A DNA stretch of 55,544 nucleotides from Tubiluchus corallicola. Its lineage: Eukaryota; Animalia; Priapulida. Positions 12,442-25,181 of this stretch are shown here, piece after piece. The stretch is taken from assembly GCA_030141605.1 (NCBI GenBank), contig JAQGDQ010001206.1:1-55544 (forward strand), in the 5' to 3' direction. Each line of letters opens with the position of its first letter. The first letter of the stretch is position 1. A program made the position numbers and the translations under genes. The notes beneath the pieces are model-generated. The model was not told the DNA's origin and ran no database searches. It saw only the letters and a list, made by a program, of their open reading frames with translations.

Positions 12442-13662
12442 TCAGTGTATTCAGAGCCACAAACATGCAACAGCGCAAACAATAACTATCCCAGCTCACA
12501 TTGTAGTCAGTGTATTCAGAGCCACAAACATGCAACAGCGCAAACAATAACTATCCCAGCTCACATTGTAGTCAGTGTATTCAGAACCACAAACATGCAA
12601 CAGCGCAAACAATAACTATCCCAGCTCACATTGTAGTCAGTGTATTCAGAGCCACAAACATGCAACAGCGTAAACAATAACTATCCCAGCTCACGTTGTA
12701 GTCAGTGTACTCAGAACCACAAACATGCAACAGCGTAAACAATAACTATCCCAGCTCACGTTGTAGTCAGTGTATTCAGAACCACAAACATGCAACAGCA
12801 TAAACAATAACTATCCCAGCTCACATTGTAGTCAGTGTACTCAGAACCACAAACATGCAACAGCGTAAACAATAACTATCCCAGCTCACGTTGTAGTCAG
12901 TGTATTCAGAACCACAAACATGCAACAGCGCAAACAATAACTATCCCAGCTCACGTTGTAGTCAGTGTATTCAGAGCCACAAACATGCAACAGCATAAAC
13001 AATAACTATCCCAGCTCACGTTGTAGTCAGTGTATTCAGAACCACAAACATGCAACAGCATAAACAATAACTATCCCAGCTCACATTGTAGTCAGCGTAT
13101 TCAGAACCACAAACATGCAACAGCATAAACAATAACTATCCCAGCTCTTGTTGTAGTCAGTGTATTCAGAACCACAAACATGCAACAGCGTAAACAATAA
13201 CTATCCCAGCTCTTGTTGTAGTCAGTGTATTCAGAACCACAAACATGCAACAGCGTAAACAATAACTATCCCAGCTCACGTTGTAGTCAGTGTATTCAGA
13301 ACCACAAACATGCAACAGCGTAAACAATAACTATCCCAGCTCACGTTGTAGTCAGCGTATTCAGAGCCACAAACATACAACAGCGTAAACAATAACTATC
13401 CCAGCTCACGTTGTAGTCAGTGTATTCAGAGCCACAAACATACAACAGCGTAAACAATAACTATCCCAGCTCACGTTGTAGTCAGTGTATTCAGAGCCAC
13501 AAACATACAACAGCGTAAACAATAACTATCTCAGCTCTTGTTGTAGTCAGTGTATTCAGAGCCACAAACATACAACAGCGTAAACAATAACTATCCCAGC
13601 TCACATTGTAGTCAGTGTATTCAGAACCACAAACATGCAACAGCATAAACAATAACTATCCC
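12442..13662. repeat. 65-bp minisatellite, ~19 copies
   Basis: Unit gtcagtgtattcagaaccacaaacatgcaacagcgtaaacaataactatcccagctcacgttgta; period 65 confirmed (12571, 12701 = 2 units). Confidence 0.97.
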
Positions 13663-14086
13663 GCAATTTAAATTCTCGTGTTTGTGTTCAACTCAAAATC
13701 GAATTTGTAATTGAATCAGGGGCTCAATTCAATTATCTAAACGAAGTTAGCCGCTCATTGATCACCACCTGATCCTTCACGTTCGCGCACTGCTTCCAAA
13801 ACACACAAATTATCCGTTTTTTGCATCATTTGCATTTGTAGATTTCCAGTGAGTTTTTTTATTTTCAATTTCATTTTGTTCTCGTGGTAAATTAGCTTTG
13901 AGATTACGCAGTGAGGCTGCAAAGTGTTTGATTTAGTTTGTGCTCAAAATTCACAATTTATCATTCGATTCGGCAGTGGTCGACATTAGAACTTGAATTG
14001 CCCAACTTTCTAGTTTATAACGGGCATTGAAATAAATTACAGACCAATCTTTGATAAGTCGCAATGTTGTACTAGACAAACTACCC

Positions 14087-14878
<792 letters not shown>

Positions 14879-15082
14879 TAGTATGTTGGTTCAGCAATGC
14901 ATTGCTGCAATAAATTGTTTTGTAACATAACCCGTTGCCACTGTACCCCCTAACAAAATTTATCACCCTGTGTGGAAAATGCTAATATCCATAGAATATC
15001 CTGGTAAAGTTTGTAAATGTGATTATGAAGTTTCATATTCAAGGCAATGCAAGAAATCTTTGTATAAAAAATTCTTATTTAG

Positions 15083-15345
15083 GTTTGGTTTCAAAATCGA
15101 CGTGCGAAGTGGAGAAAATCAGAACGATTCGTCAAAGACCACAAAGGAAATGACTCATCTCATCAGCAGGAAGTGACGCAATTACACGCTGACGACGACA
15201 GCGCCGACGTGGCGAGGAGTGAAAATAGCCAAGTTTCTCCTAAAACTGCTGATCAAGGTTCGCCTCCAGCTGCCAGAGTGAAAACAGTTTCAAATCACAA
15301 TCAGAATACAACAACTTCGCCATCTTTAACTGCTCATGGAATCAG
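15083..15345 (+). CDS. DRGX: DRGX coding exon 4 (VWFQNRRAKWRKSER...)
   Basis: ttatttag acceptor; recognition helix with Q50; open to donor GTGAAA at 15346, phase 2. Confidence 0.93.
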
Positions 15346-15410
15346 GTGAAACAGAGTTTGATGAAAGTGACGTAATTAGTTAATGATCAGGCGATGCTGC
15401 AATTATTTAA

Positions 15411-15880
15411 ATGACAAGGAAACCTTTTGCATACATAAGACTAAAAAATTATCTTGAAATTTTATGTCACTTGCATACTTATTGCTGCCTTATTGCATAC
15501 AAAGCTTGCGTTAGCTGTAACGCAGTATACAACTTGTAACTTGACCTTTAGGAGCAGCCATTTTGACGGTAAGTCGTTTGAAACAAGTTTAAAGCTTTAA
15601 GAAATAATCAGAGAATTCGTAACACATTCTTCACTAATTAGGCAAAAGTATTAATTACTTTATATTGTCAGTAAGATCCATAAAGCATTTTACGTGAATC
15701 AGTGATGCATGCTGGGATGGTGAATCAGTGATGCATGCTGGGATGGTGAATCAGTGATGCATGCTGGGATGGTGAATCAGTGACGTTTTACCCCAAGTGG
15801 TGCGAACATTTTAAATTATCAAGAATTTACTTTTCCAGTTACATAAATCTTTCAAACAGGTAAGCATAATGCTAAGTCAT
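15411..15880 (+). mobile_element. Family A (Kolobok-like) copy containing a 26-bp tandem triplication at 15694..15783
   Basis: Similar to 3291..3578/4448..4530; starts after TTAA; right end approximate. Confidence 0.6.
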
Positions 15881-16114
15881 ATAAATACGTGTACAAAGAT
15901 TTTAGGACACGCTTTAAATTTCCGTTTTCTTCCCCTTTGATAGCTAAAATGTCGTTAATGCAACAAAGTTTTATTCCCATGTATTCAGAAATATATTCCA
16001 ATATATGAAACTCTGCGAGATTCATGCGCAGTTATGAATTATGATGACACATTTTTATTTCATTTTCAGGTACTAATTTTATCATTTGCCATTCAAAATT
16101 TCTGGCTTTCAGTT

Positions 16115-16554
16115 TAATAATAACAATGATAATGATAATGATAATGATAATGATAATGATAATGATAATGATAATGATAATGATAATGATAATGATAATG
16201 ATAATGATAATGATAATGATAATGATAATGATAATGATAATGATAATGATAATGATAATGATAATGATAATGATAATGATAATGATAATGATAATGATAA
16301 TGACAATGACAATGACAATGACAATGACAATGACAATGACAATGACAATGACAATGACAATGACAATGACAATGACAATGACAATGACAATGACAATGAC
16401 AATGACAATGACAATGACAATGACAATGACAATGACAATGACAATGACAATGACAATGACAATGACAATGATAATGATAATTATAACTACAGCGACAGCG
16501 ACAGCGACAACGACAACGACAGCGACAACGACAACGACAACGACAACGACAATG

Positions 16555-16619
<65 letters not shown>

Positions 16620-16630
16620 AATAATAATAA
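16115..16630. repeat. (AATGAT)n-(AATGAC)n-(AAC)n compound microsatellite
   Basis: Direct reading. Confidence 0.97.
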
Positions 16631-16656
16631 TCTATAAACTTCTTTCTCTGTTTCAG

Positions 16657-16760
16657 TAACTTGTGTTCATCTACGTCATCGGTTGCGTCGACCCCGTTGA
16701 TTACGTCATCACACATGATTCATCGATTTCCGCATCCGGCCTTGCATTTGCCATTTAGCG
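16657..16760 (+). CDS. DRGX: DRGX coding exon 5 (NLCSSTSSVASTPLITSSHMIHRFPHPALHLPFS)
   Basis: Strong pyrimidine tract + cag acceptor, donor GTATGA; phases 2 to 1 exactly bridge exons 4 and 6. Confidence 0.82.
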
Positions 16761-17010
16761 GTATGATAATTTGTTACAGTTGTATCTGTTTATTAAATCT
16801 GTCGAGTCTGCCTGCCATAATGTCCTCTTGAATCCCCTACTGTGTAAATTCGAGGCATTTGCGTACAAGTTTCACTAATAGATGGCACCACCAATGCACG
16901 TGTAGTGTGCAATAGTTAGTTTCATATACCAATCAAACGCAAATAATAAAAAAGTCGTTTGCTCTTACAAAATATGGCTATATAGTTTATACCAAGCTTC
17001 GATATGTTTT

Positions 17011-17304
17011 ATAATAATAATAATAATAATAACAATAACGATAATGATAACGATAACCAAACCATAACAATGACAATGACAATGACAATGACAATGACAA
17101 TGACAATGACAATGACAATGACAATGGCAATGGCAATGGCAATGGCAATGGCAATGGCAATGGCAATGGCAATGGCAATGACAATGACAATGACAATGAC
17201 AATGACAATGACAATGACAGTGACAATGACAATGACAATGACAATGACAATAACAATAATAATAATAATAATAACAACAACAACAAGAACAACAATAATA
17301 ATAA
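17011..17304. repeat. (AAT)n-(AATGAC/AATGGC)n compound microsatellite
   Basis: Direct reading. Confidence 0.96.
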
Positions 17305-17856
17305 ATCTACTATAATATTAATAAATTATGCTACTATGTACTCAAATAACAATAATATTTGCAGTGAAAAGTGTTCTACTAACATACACACTTGCATATT
17401 TATTATTGCAACTGCACAATTAACGCATAGTCTTGAGCGATATAATTAAAACAACATTGTAATAAGGAAAAGGGTAGAAATGAATAACATACAGAGTCTG
17501 ACATGATTTTCATGCCCCACGCTTAATTAACTATTATTCTATTACACAGTGAAAACTGCATTTACAATCTAATTTATACATAGCAACATTTTCAAGTGCA
17601 CAACAGCATCATTGTCTCCATAGCAGTATATATCTTCTACATCCAATATTTTGAAAGAGAGCCTTTGACATTTGATAACCCCCAATTCTGTTTTGTTATT
17701 AGTTTTTCATAAAACCAAAATGGCCAATAGCATCATTGTTAACCCGTCAATTACATTAACTTAACTAACTAAATTATGTTAATTAACCGTTGCACATGTT
17801 TCAGAGGTATACCCGTTGACGAGTCTCTAACATAATAGAGTGTAGCCGATGGTTTA

Positions 17857-18327
17857 GTTTAGTTTAAACATAATTTATTATAGGATTGCATCAGACAGTT
17901 TGAACAACATGATTTAGGATCCTCACCACAACAGACTTTATACACTGTTTACAAAAATATTTACAGTAAGAATAGACTATAACTACACAAGCTGACAAGT
18001 TTTACTACAAGATTACATTAGACATTAGAAACGTTTATAGTAAGAATTGACTATGACTACACAACCTGACAAGTTTTACTACAAGATTACATTAGACATT
18101 AGTAGAAAATGACGGTTAGAAAGTATTAATGTATAAATATTTTTAAGACTGATGCATTTCATATCAGATAGAAACTACTGGAAGCGTTTAGTACGTAATA
18201 TAAAGTCATGTACGCATTGGAATATTTTACAGTTAGCAACATAGTTAAATTCATCTTTTCCGAATAATAACAACTTCAACAGATCATTAGTTCCTAAGGC
18301 AGCTATATTAAGCTTTTCGGGCGGAAG
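17857..18327 (-). mobile_element. Family B LINE 3' fragment with an internal tandem duplication
   Basis: Same sequence as 1185..1570, (CTAAA)n tail; 7-bp TSD tggttta at 17850..17856 and 18328..18334. Confidence 0.85.
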
Positions 18328-18544
18328 TGGTTTAATACACAGACCCTCCTGGCTCTTGCTTCACAAACTTGGTGGTTGTCTGCCACTACCGTACAGAAAC
18401 CTTCGGAAAAAAACAGGCTAAATCGAACGTTTTGTAACGATTCGTCAGTTGTTGATGAAAAGTGTTATGTCTGACTACGAGGAGTCGTTAATAATTTCAA
18501 TCAAGGATACGTACTTTCTCAAATTAGCTGGCAACTAACAATAT

Positions 18545-18954
18545 TGTGAGTGATTTTTGAAGTTCTTGTTCAGTCACTTTGTTATGATTGAGTTTAGACA
18601 CACAGCAAAGTATGGAGAGGAACCAAAATTCTATAATAAATATTTGCACTGCACACAACAGAAAAATGTTTATTGAACTACAGAAAACATGAGTAGCAAA
18701 ACTGCTGCACTGAACATTGAGCAAAAACTAGAAAGCAAAACCAGTCAGTAAAACCTGTTTCACAGCCAGTATACATGTATAGAACTTGACCTATGCAGAG
18801 TTGCACAGGCTTCACAACAACCATTAATTTTAGATAGGGAGAGGACCAGTGTGTACTATACAATTATACTGAAGGTGAGTCAGCTGGTAGAATGTAACAG
18901 GACTAGCACATAGATGGCAGCACCTAACTACAATGTACAATTCCAACTTCCACA
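18545..18954 (-). mobile_element. Solo LTR, family C copy 1
   Basis: TGTG...CACA termini; 5-bp flanks aatat/agtat; homologous to 20825..21227 and 28538..28964. Confidence 0.7.
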
Positions 18955-18959
18955 AGTAT

Positions 18960-19095
18960 CATTAATTAATTATGACTGTGAATGCCAGAATTTCTTTACC
19001 AATTGTTACTCATTGTGGGTAATCATTAGGGGAAAGGAGACGCTGACAAGCTGTGGACTAGTCGGGATTTGAACCCGAGGCTTAGGATTACAGTC
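18960..19095 (-). mobile_element. tRNA-derived SINE fragment
   Basis: Minus strand gactgtaatcctaagcctcGGGTTCAAATCCCgactag contains a B box (19065..19075); no A box or acceptor stem seen. Confidence 0.55.
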
Positions 19096-19224
19096 ATTTG
19101 CAAAAGTTTAAGACCAAGCTCGAGTTTTCGGGATTTTCATCATACTGTACCCTGATTTCATCAGATTCTTTGTTGATTGCATCATACTGCTAGTGGTTTG
19201 AAACAGTACGTCTAGTGAGTATGA

Positions 19225-19770
19225 GTGACTCATTTGCCTGCCGCTATCCATACAGATCGGCCGTTTTTGTATTCTTCATTCTGAAATCATAGGATGTGTA
19301 CGGAAGTGGCTTATAAGCCCGATTCTTGCTGAGAACCTCCTCCTGCAATGAGGACATGAGAATGGTGTATCTTGATAGGCATTGTGTTCTCTGTCTTTTC
19401 TCCTGCCTAACTTGGATGCGCCTGGACTCATAGTTGGTCACTCCCGATTTGATGAGGGACCGCCAACGAGATCTCTCCTGTGCCACATCTTCCCAGGAGT
19501 CGACATTGATTTTGCATTCTTTCAGGTTGGCTTTGAGGGTGTCTTTGTATCTTTGCCGTTGCCCTCCCACTGACCGTTTCCCTTCTTTCAGCTCGCAGTA
19601 CATGAATCTCCATGGCAGTCTGTGATCTTCCATACGTTGAATATGGCCAGCCCATTTCAGTTGTGCTGCCTTAAGCATTGAATGGACACTGATGGATTGT
19701 GCTCTCTCGAGGACTTCAGTTTCTGGTATAAAGTCCTGCCAGCTGATCTTGAGGAATCGTCTATCATAAA
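19225..19770 (-). mobile_element. 5'-truncated RTE LINE (second RTE family, frameshifted C-terminal zinc finger)
   Basis: ORF 19244..19777: LKISWQD...QLKWAGHIQRMEDHRLP...GKRSVGGQRQRYKDTLK, typical RTE C-terminal region. Confidence 0.88.
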
Positions 19771-19904
19771 CAGACATTTTTTCATCGGAAGCAGCTATTA
19801 TTCTACAGTTAAATTACTCTTCTCACTGTTCAATGAACTATTTCTAATGCACTGGCCAAGAGCATACTGTAGAGCAAGAGCTTAAACCAGAAGTGAACCC
19901 TTCA

Positions 19905-20665
19905 TAGACATAAAGCTTAAAAATTCGTTTTGAAATTTTATATCGCTTACATACTGCCTTTTTGCATGCAGGACTTCAATCGGCAGTAACGCTGTATAAA
20001 ACATGTAAATTAAACTCCCGCCATGACCGTTAGACGCAGCCATTTTGACGACAGGTCATTTGAAACAAGTTTAGATAACATTTTGCAAAGTTTGAAAAAA
20101 TAATCAGAGCATTCGTAGCCCACAAGTCACTAGCTAAATAAAATTTAAAATTGCTGCATCTTGTCAATAAGATTAAACATACGTTTTTTGGTTAGTGAGT
20201 GGTGCACCCTGGAGGGTGAGTCAGCAACATTTTACCAATTGGTGAAAATATTTTAAATAATTAGTAATTTACTTTTCTAGTTACATAAGTCTTTCTAAGC
20301 ACGTAAGCGAAAATCTAGGTAACATAGATTTGCACAGAAAGTCTTTTGAGACGCAGTTTAACATTGACTTTTCTTCCTTTGATTTACGTTTGATGCATGA
20401 CGTCATGTAATGGCGACTTTGGAACAGTATTGCGGGAAATTTAAAATGAAAACAAACTAAAATTCCTTTCAGTGCGAGTAAGATATACGCATAAAATTGC
20501 TATAAAGTAATATAATATTTTAAGGCGATTTTTCTGAAACGCTTCAGGTACCCCTTTTCTTGTCCTGAAACCTACTTCAGGTACCCCTTTTCTTGTCCTG
20601 AAACCTACTTCATGTACCCCTTTTCTTGTCCTGAAACCTACTTCAGGTACCCCTTTTCTTGTCCT
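19905..20665 (+). mobile_element. Family A (Kolobok-like) copy with right terminus tandemly amplified (33-bp x ~3.7 at 20542..20665)
   Basis: Body homologous to other family A copies; ends TTTTCTTGTCCT|TTAA, the inverse of the left end at 3287..3302. Left boundary approximate. Confidence 0.6.
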
Positions 20666-20824
20666 TTAATGTTGATGAAAGTATGATCCCATATTAAAGT
20701 CAGGATTCAGCTATACAATTTATTCGTGATAAACCAGTACCATTTGGTTAGTGAAACCCAAATGAGATGTGGCAAAATAAAAAGGAAGTGTGCCAAACGT
20801 GGTGTTGGCATCCATGTTGACTAT

Positions 20825-21227
20825 TGTGAAAGTCATGTTTGAAGTTGTTGTTCACTCACTTTGTTATGATTGAGTTTAGGCACAGAAGTTTGAACAAGAA
20901 TAAAAAATCTATAATACACACAATACGCACTGCACACAATAGAAAAGTGTTTATTAAAACTAAAGACACATGAGTAGCACAACTGCTGCACTGAACACAG
21001 AGAGTGAGAGAGTGACTAGAAAGCAAAACCAGTCAGTATATATAGCTGGCCTATGCAGACTTGCAAAGGCTTCACAACAACCATTACTTTAAAATAGGGA
21101 GAGGACCAGTGTGTATGCATTCACTGGACCATACAATTATACTGGGGGTAAGCCAGCTAGTAGAATGTAACAGGATTAGCTAATAGATGGCAGCAACTAA
21201 TTAGAATTTACAATTCCAACTTCTACA
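20825..21227 (-). mobile_element. Solo LTR, family C copy 2
   Basis: TGTGAAAGT...ACTTCTACA termini; 5-bp flanks actat/actgt. Confidence 0.7.
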
Positions 21228-21613
21228 ACTGTTTTATCCAATTTCATACAAAACCTTGAAGCTATTGCTGACTTGCACAAGGGTGTAACAAATTTATAAC
21301 AACCAACTCAGCTAAATTTGCTACTATAACTTCTAAGTATCCAAAAAGAATAATAAAACTTCGCTGTTTCTATTTTTCACAATGTATAATACTGCGTATA
21401 CCGTGTTGTGCGCATGGTCCCATTCTGGAACATCTTCTGTTTTCACAGTCCGTGATGTTTAATTTTGACAAAAATACACAGTTTGTCCGAATTTTAAAAA
21501 AAAATTAATTTCATGGATGTGAACGTTGTTACCTGACGATCAGAATTCTTGTCTTCAGTAAAAAAAATCCACTAGCATTTCTAGTATCTTTTGAACAAAG
21601 TAAAATAATTCGT

Positions 21614-21982
21614 TGTATTGGTTGTGTGAAGCTGATTATTGGTGTTTTACGGATGGCAAAACTATGAAGAGTCAGATTATAAAACTACACGTTTATTAGA
21701 CATCAAACACAATAAATATAACAGATAGTAATGCCACGCCCCCTGATCTAGTCTGCTCTCCTTCAGCTCACAGACTCAATCCCCTGAGCTGGGCGCATCA
21801 CAAGGTTTATATATCGTGTGCCGAGCTTCGACGCTTCAGTTCTGCATCACTTGCTCACGTGACACAACTCCTTAACTGGCTTCATACCAGCATTCATCAA
21901 CATAATTATCTATTAATCTAATGCTTTTAACATAGTTTAATAGGTCCTCTTTACTGAACACCCTCTAGGTCAAATTACTACA
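21614..21982 (-). mobile_element. Possible solo LTR (different family)
   Basis: Minus strand begins TGTAGTAA, has ATATATAAA then AATAAA in LTR-like order, and can end TACA; no convincing TSD. Confidence 0.35.
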
Positions 21983-22235
21983 AAGTTCAGTGCGAAAATT
22001 AAAACTCTGTTCAACATGAATTCGTAAACGAAAAATAATTTGGTAAGAAGTATTCAAAATCTTAGCTACTGAAAACAAAATTCCAGTTTATATCTATTTA
22101 TAGGTAGAAAAAATATGTAAAAGGACTTATGCTTGACCAATGGCCTGGCATCTGTATTCTGGGCGCATCAGTGACAATTCTCGGTTTTTATTTTCTAACT
22201 TCCACACTATTGAACTTTATTATTTTCTATTTCAG

Positions 22236-22639
22236 GGTTTGCACTTTGCAGTTGTTGTCCAGGAAAACCCCACACACTTGCAGCTCACGGTTTGGACCCC
22301 CTATTTTCACCCGGTCACCACCGTGTCGTTTTTCCACCCAACCACGAGGGGCGTCCCTTCCTGCCTGCACCTGACCCCTCAGCTCTGCTGTACGCGTCAC
22401 CTTACAAACTTTACCGGGAAGCTGAAAGCACTCTTCCAGCCGTGGAAACTTCCACGAAACTAGGAGCCGTTACCGTTATCGACCAACACCGCCCCGTGAC
22501 GTCACCGGTGTCCACTTCTGCGCAAGAGATTCGAACCAACAGCGTGGCTGATCTCAGACGAAAGGCGAGGGAGCATTCAGAAGCGCTGGCAACGTCGTCT
22601 AGTCAAGAAAAACAACAGGAACCGGAAATGGCGGTCTGA
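22236..22639 (+). CDS. DRGX: DRGX terminal coding exon (LCSCC motif and OAR domain)
   Basis: ctatttcag acceptor; (G)FALCSCCPGKP...RTNSVADLRRKAREHSEAL...MAV*; same frame as ORF 22292..22639. Confidence 0.93.
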
Positions 22640-22864
22640 CTTTAATTGACAACGTTTTTTTAAACAGATTCTTGCATTTTAGAGCTTCTTGTCAAAGAGC
22701 TTGGCTGTTTTAGGCAGACAATGTTTCTGTTTTTTGAATGCGTGTTTACCTAGTAAGGAAAAAGGAAGTAGCATTCGTAAACAGGGGCACGTTCGTCGCA
22801 TCAGTTTCGTGTCTGTAACTTTTACTGAATGTTTTGAGATACGATTTTGTTCAATAGATAATTT

Positions 22865-23590
22865 AAGGTAACAAAAGGTAAGCTAAGGTAAAGAATGTAA
22901 GGTAAGGTAAGGTAAGGTAAGGTAAGGTAAGGTAAGGTAAGGTAAGGTAAGGTAAATATGGTAAGGTATGGTAAGATAAGGTAAGGTAAGGTAAGGTAAA
23001 TAAGGTAAAATAAGATAAATAAGGTAAGGTAAGGTAAGGTAAGGTAAGGTAAGGTAAGGTAAGGTAAGGTAAGGTAACGTAAATAAGGTAAAGTAAGGTA
23101 AATAAGGTAAGGTAAGGTAAGGTAAGGTAAGGTAATGTAAGGTAAGGTAAGCTAAGGTAAGGTGAGGTAAGAAAAGGTAAAATAACGTAAAGTACGGAAA
23201 GGTAAGGTAAACTTTAAGTGAAATAAGGTAGGGTAAGATTAAGGTAAGGTAAGGTAAGATAAGGTAAGGTAAGGTAAGGTAAGGTAAGGTAAGGTAAGGT
23301 AAGGTAAGGTAAGGTAAGGTAAGGTAAGGTAAGGTAAGGTAAATAAGGTAAAGTAAGGTAAGGTAAGGTAAGGTAAGGTAAGGTAAGGTAAATATGGTAA
23401 GGTATGGTAAGATAAGGTAAGGTAAGGTAAAGTAAATAAGGTAAAATAAGATAAGGTAAGGTAAGGTAAGGTAAGGTAAGGTAAGGTAAGGTAAGGTAAG
23501 GTAAGGTAAGGTAAGGTAAGGTAAGGTAAGGTAAGGTAAGGTAACGTAAATAAGGTAAAGTAAGGTAAATAAGGTAAGATAAGGTAAGGT
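22865..23590. repeat. (GGTAA)n pentanucleotide satellite, ~720 bp, likely in DRGX 3' UTR
   Basis: Direct reading; I found no AATAAA/ATTAAA between the stop codon and the end of the tract. Confidence 0.97.
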
Positions 23591-24265
23591 CGACTTTAAC
23601 TTGTCATTAATTGGTCTGTCAATATTTATTGTAAATAATCGTTTTTTAAGAATCATTTATTAAATGAATTTACAAGCAAATGTATTAAATTTACCAAATC
23701 TGCATTCGTACATCACTTGCAGTATAATGAAATAGTAGACAGTTGTAACATAGAATAATCTTTGCTTACTGAGAGGTGGTCTTCAGGGGTTTAGTGGATT
23801 AACTGGATCATCTGCATTGCCTATCAACAAATATAATATTAACTGACTTTTCGCTTATGAGCTTACCCTAAGAAGTGGGAATATACATCTCCTAGGCTGT
23901 CTAAGTACAGTCAGTAGCAATGACCGTGGCAACGCGCCATGCTGATAGTCTAGTTAAGCCCAGAAATTTGTTAATGTGTGATAATTGCTGATGACTCATT
24001 CCTTAATCGAAAGATTTTTCAATTGTTTTTGTGCGTATGTGCTTTTGTGTTGTATTATGTAACTAATTTGTATAGTGATTGTTCATTTCGTTAACTCGCC
24101 TTTGATGCATTTGTCTTAAAAAGGGAAACTGATGTGTGAATTATATAAAACTTATTGACTCTCGATAATTTTGTCTGTAATAAATTATAAATCTTAGTCC
24201 GTTCCAACGTGTTTTACTAAACGTACTATATGTGATCGATAAATGCATTATGATCATCAGTGTAG

Positions 24266-24269
<4 letters not shown>

Positions 24270-24322
<53 letters not shown>
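24270..24322. repeat. (GA)n microsatellite
   Basis: Direct reading. Confidence 0.95.
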
Positions 24323-25139
24323 TAGATGAGATGAGATGAGGTGCTGTGAGATACGACATTATACGACAAGGCAAGGCAAGGTAAGATGATATAATATAAG
24401 ATAAGAATTTATTCTGCCTCACGGTAATCATTCATTACAATTTAATTCATTGAGGTTCGACATTAAAATATATGCCATTATATAAATTATATAAATGACT
24501 GCTAGTGTTTCATTCACTGCAGTGGAAAAGTTGCAGTTTCTTTAATGAAAAGTGATAAAAATTTGTTAAACATTGTGGGATTTATGACCAGTTTAAGTTG
24601 TTTATAATATTATTATTTTTGTGATTACTTGCATGATTATTACTGTTACTATAAGCTCATTTATTATTATGATTTTCAAATTATTTTGTACTAAAAAGAG
24701 AATAAGAAAATTTATGAAATATTCTTATTTTAACACGTTATTAATTGGATTACTGACATTGGATTAACATTCTAACATGTTATTAATTGGATATGGTTAT
24801 TAAATTGATAGCTTATGTACTTACCTGACGGTACGTTCCAAGTTTTCCTGCTCTGGAAACAGTCCTACATAATTATAAATATACCGACACACCCTTTTTC
24901 TTAATAATAAAACTGTATTTGTACTCAAGACATACTACTTAAGGCAGTCCTGCTAATAGGGTATATGCTCATGAAAATAAATAATTGTTGTCGCTTTGGT
25001 TGATGTTACAAGTAAAATTGATTATTTTCTATAAGTTTGACTTTTATTTAATGCGAAACGTCGCTCGTGTAACACAACATCTTGACCTCTCAGAACCGCC
25101 AGTCGGCTGTGGCTCGCCCTTACGGTTCATTTTTGCAAA

Positions 25140-25181
25140 ATGGCATCTGAGTATGACGAACCCATTTCTGATCAGGAAAAA
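25140..25181 (+). CDS. CAPZA: CAPZA exon 1 (MASEYDEPISDQEK)
   Basis: AAAATGG start context; donor GTGAGT at 25182; phase 0. Confidence 0.9.

Noticed and set aside
12442-13662. Regular repeat arrays as CRISPR
   Set aside because: No unique spacers, no cas genes, and an intron-containing eukaryotic context; same for the 32-bp array at the window start.
19050-19095. tRNA gene
   Set aside because: Only the anticodon/T-arm half with a B box is present; no A box or acceptor stem, so SINE-derived.
22865-23590. Telomeric repeat
   Set aside because: Unit is TAAGG, not TTAGG or TTAGGG, and it is internal; the 54430..54500 tract is short and degenerate.
23985-24015. Hammerhead ribozyme (CTGATGA...GAAA)
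   Set aside because: No stem II pairing between the motifs; other CTGANGA sites checked (e.g. 2551, 18443, 34744) also lack the core.
24817-24830. U1 snRNA 5' end (TACTTACCTG)
   Set aside because: Downstream sequence does not continue as U1; better read as a minus-strand splice donor.
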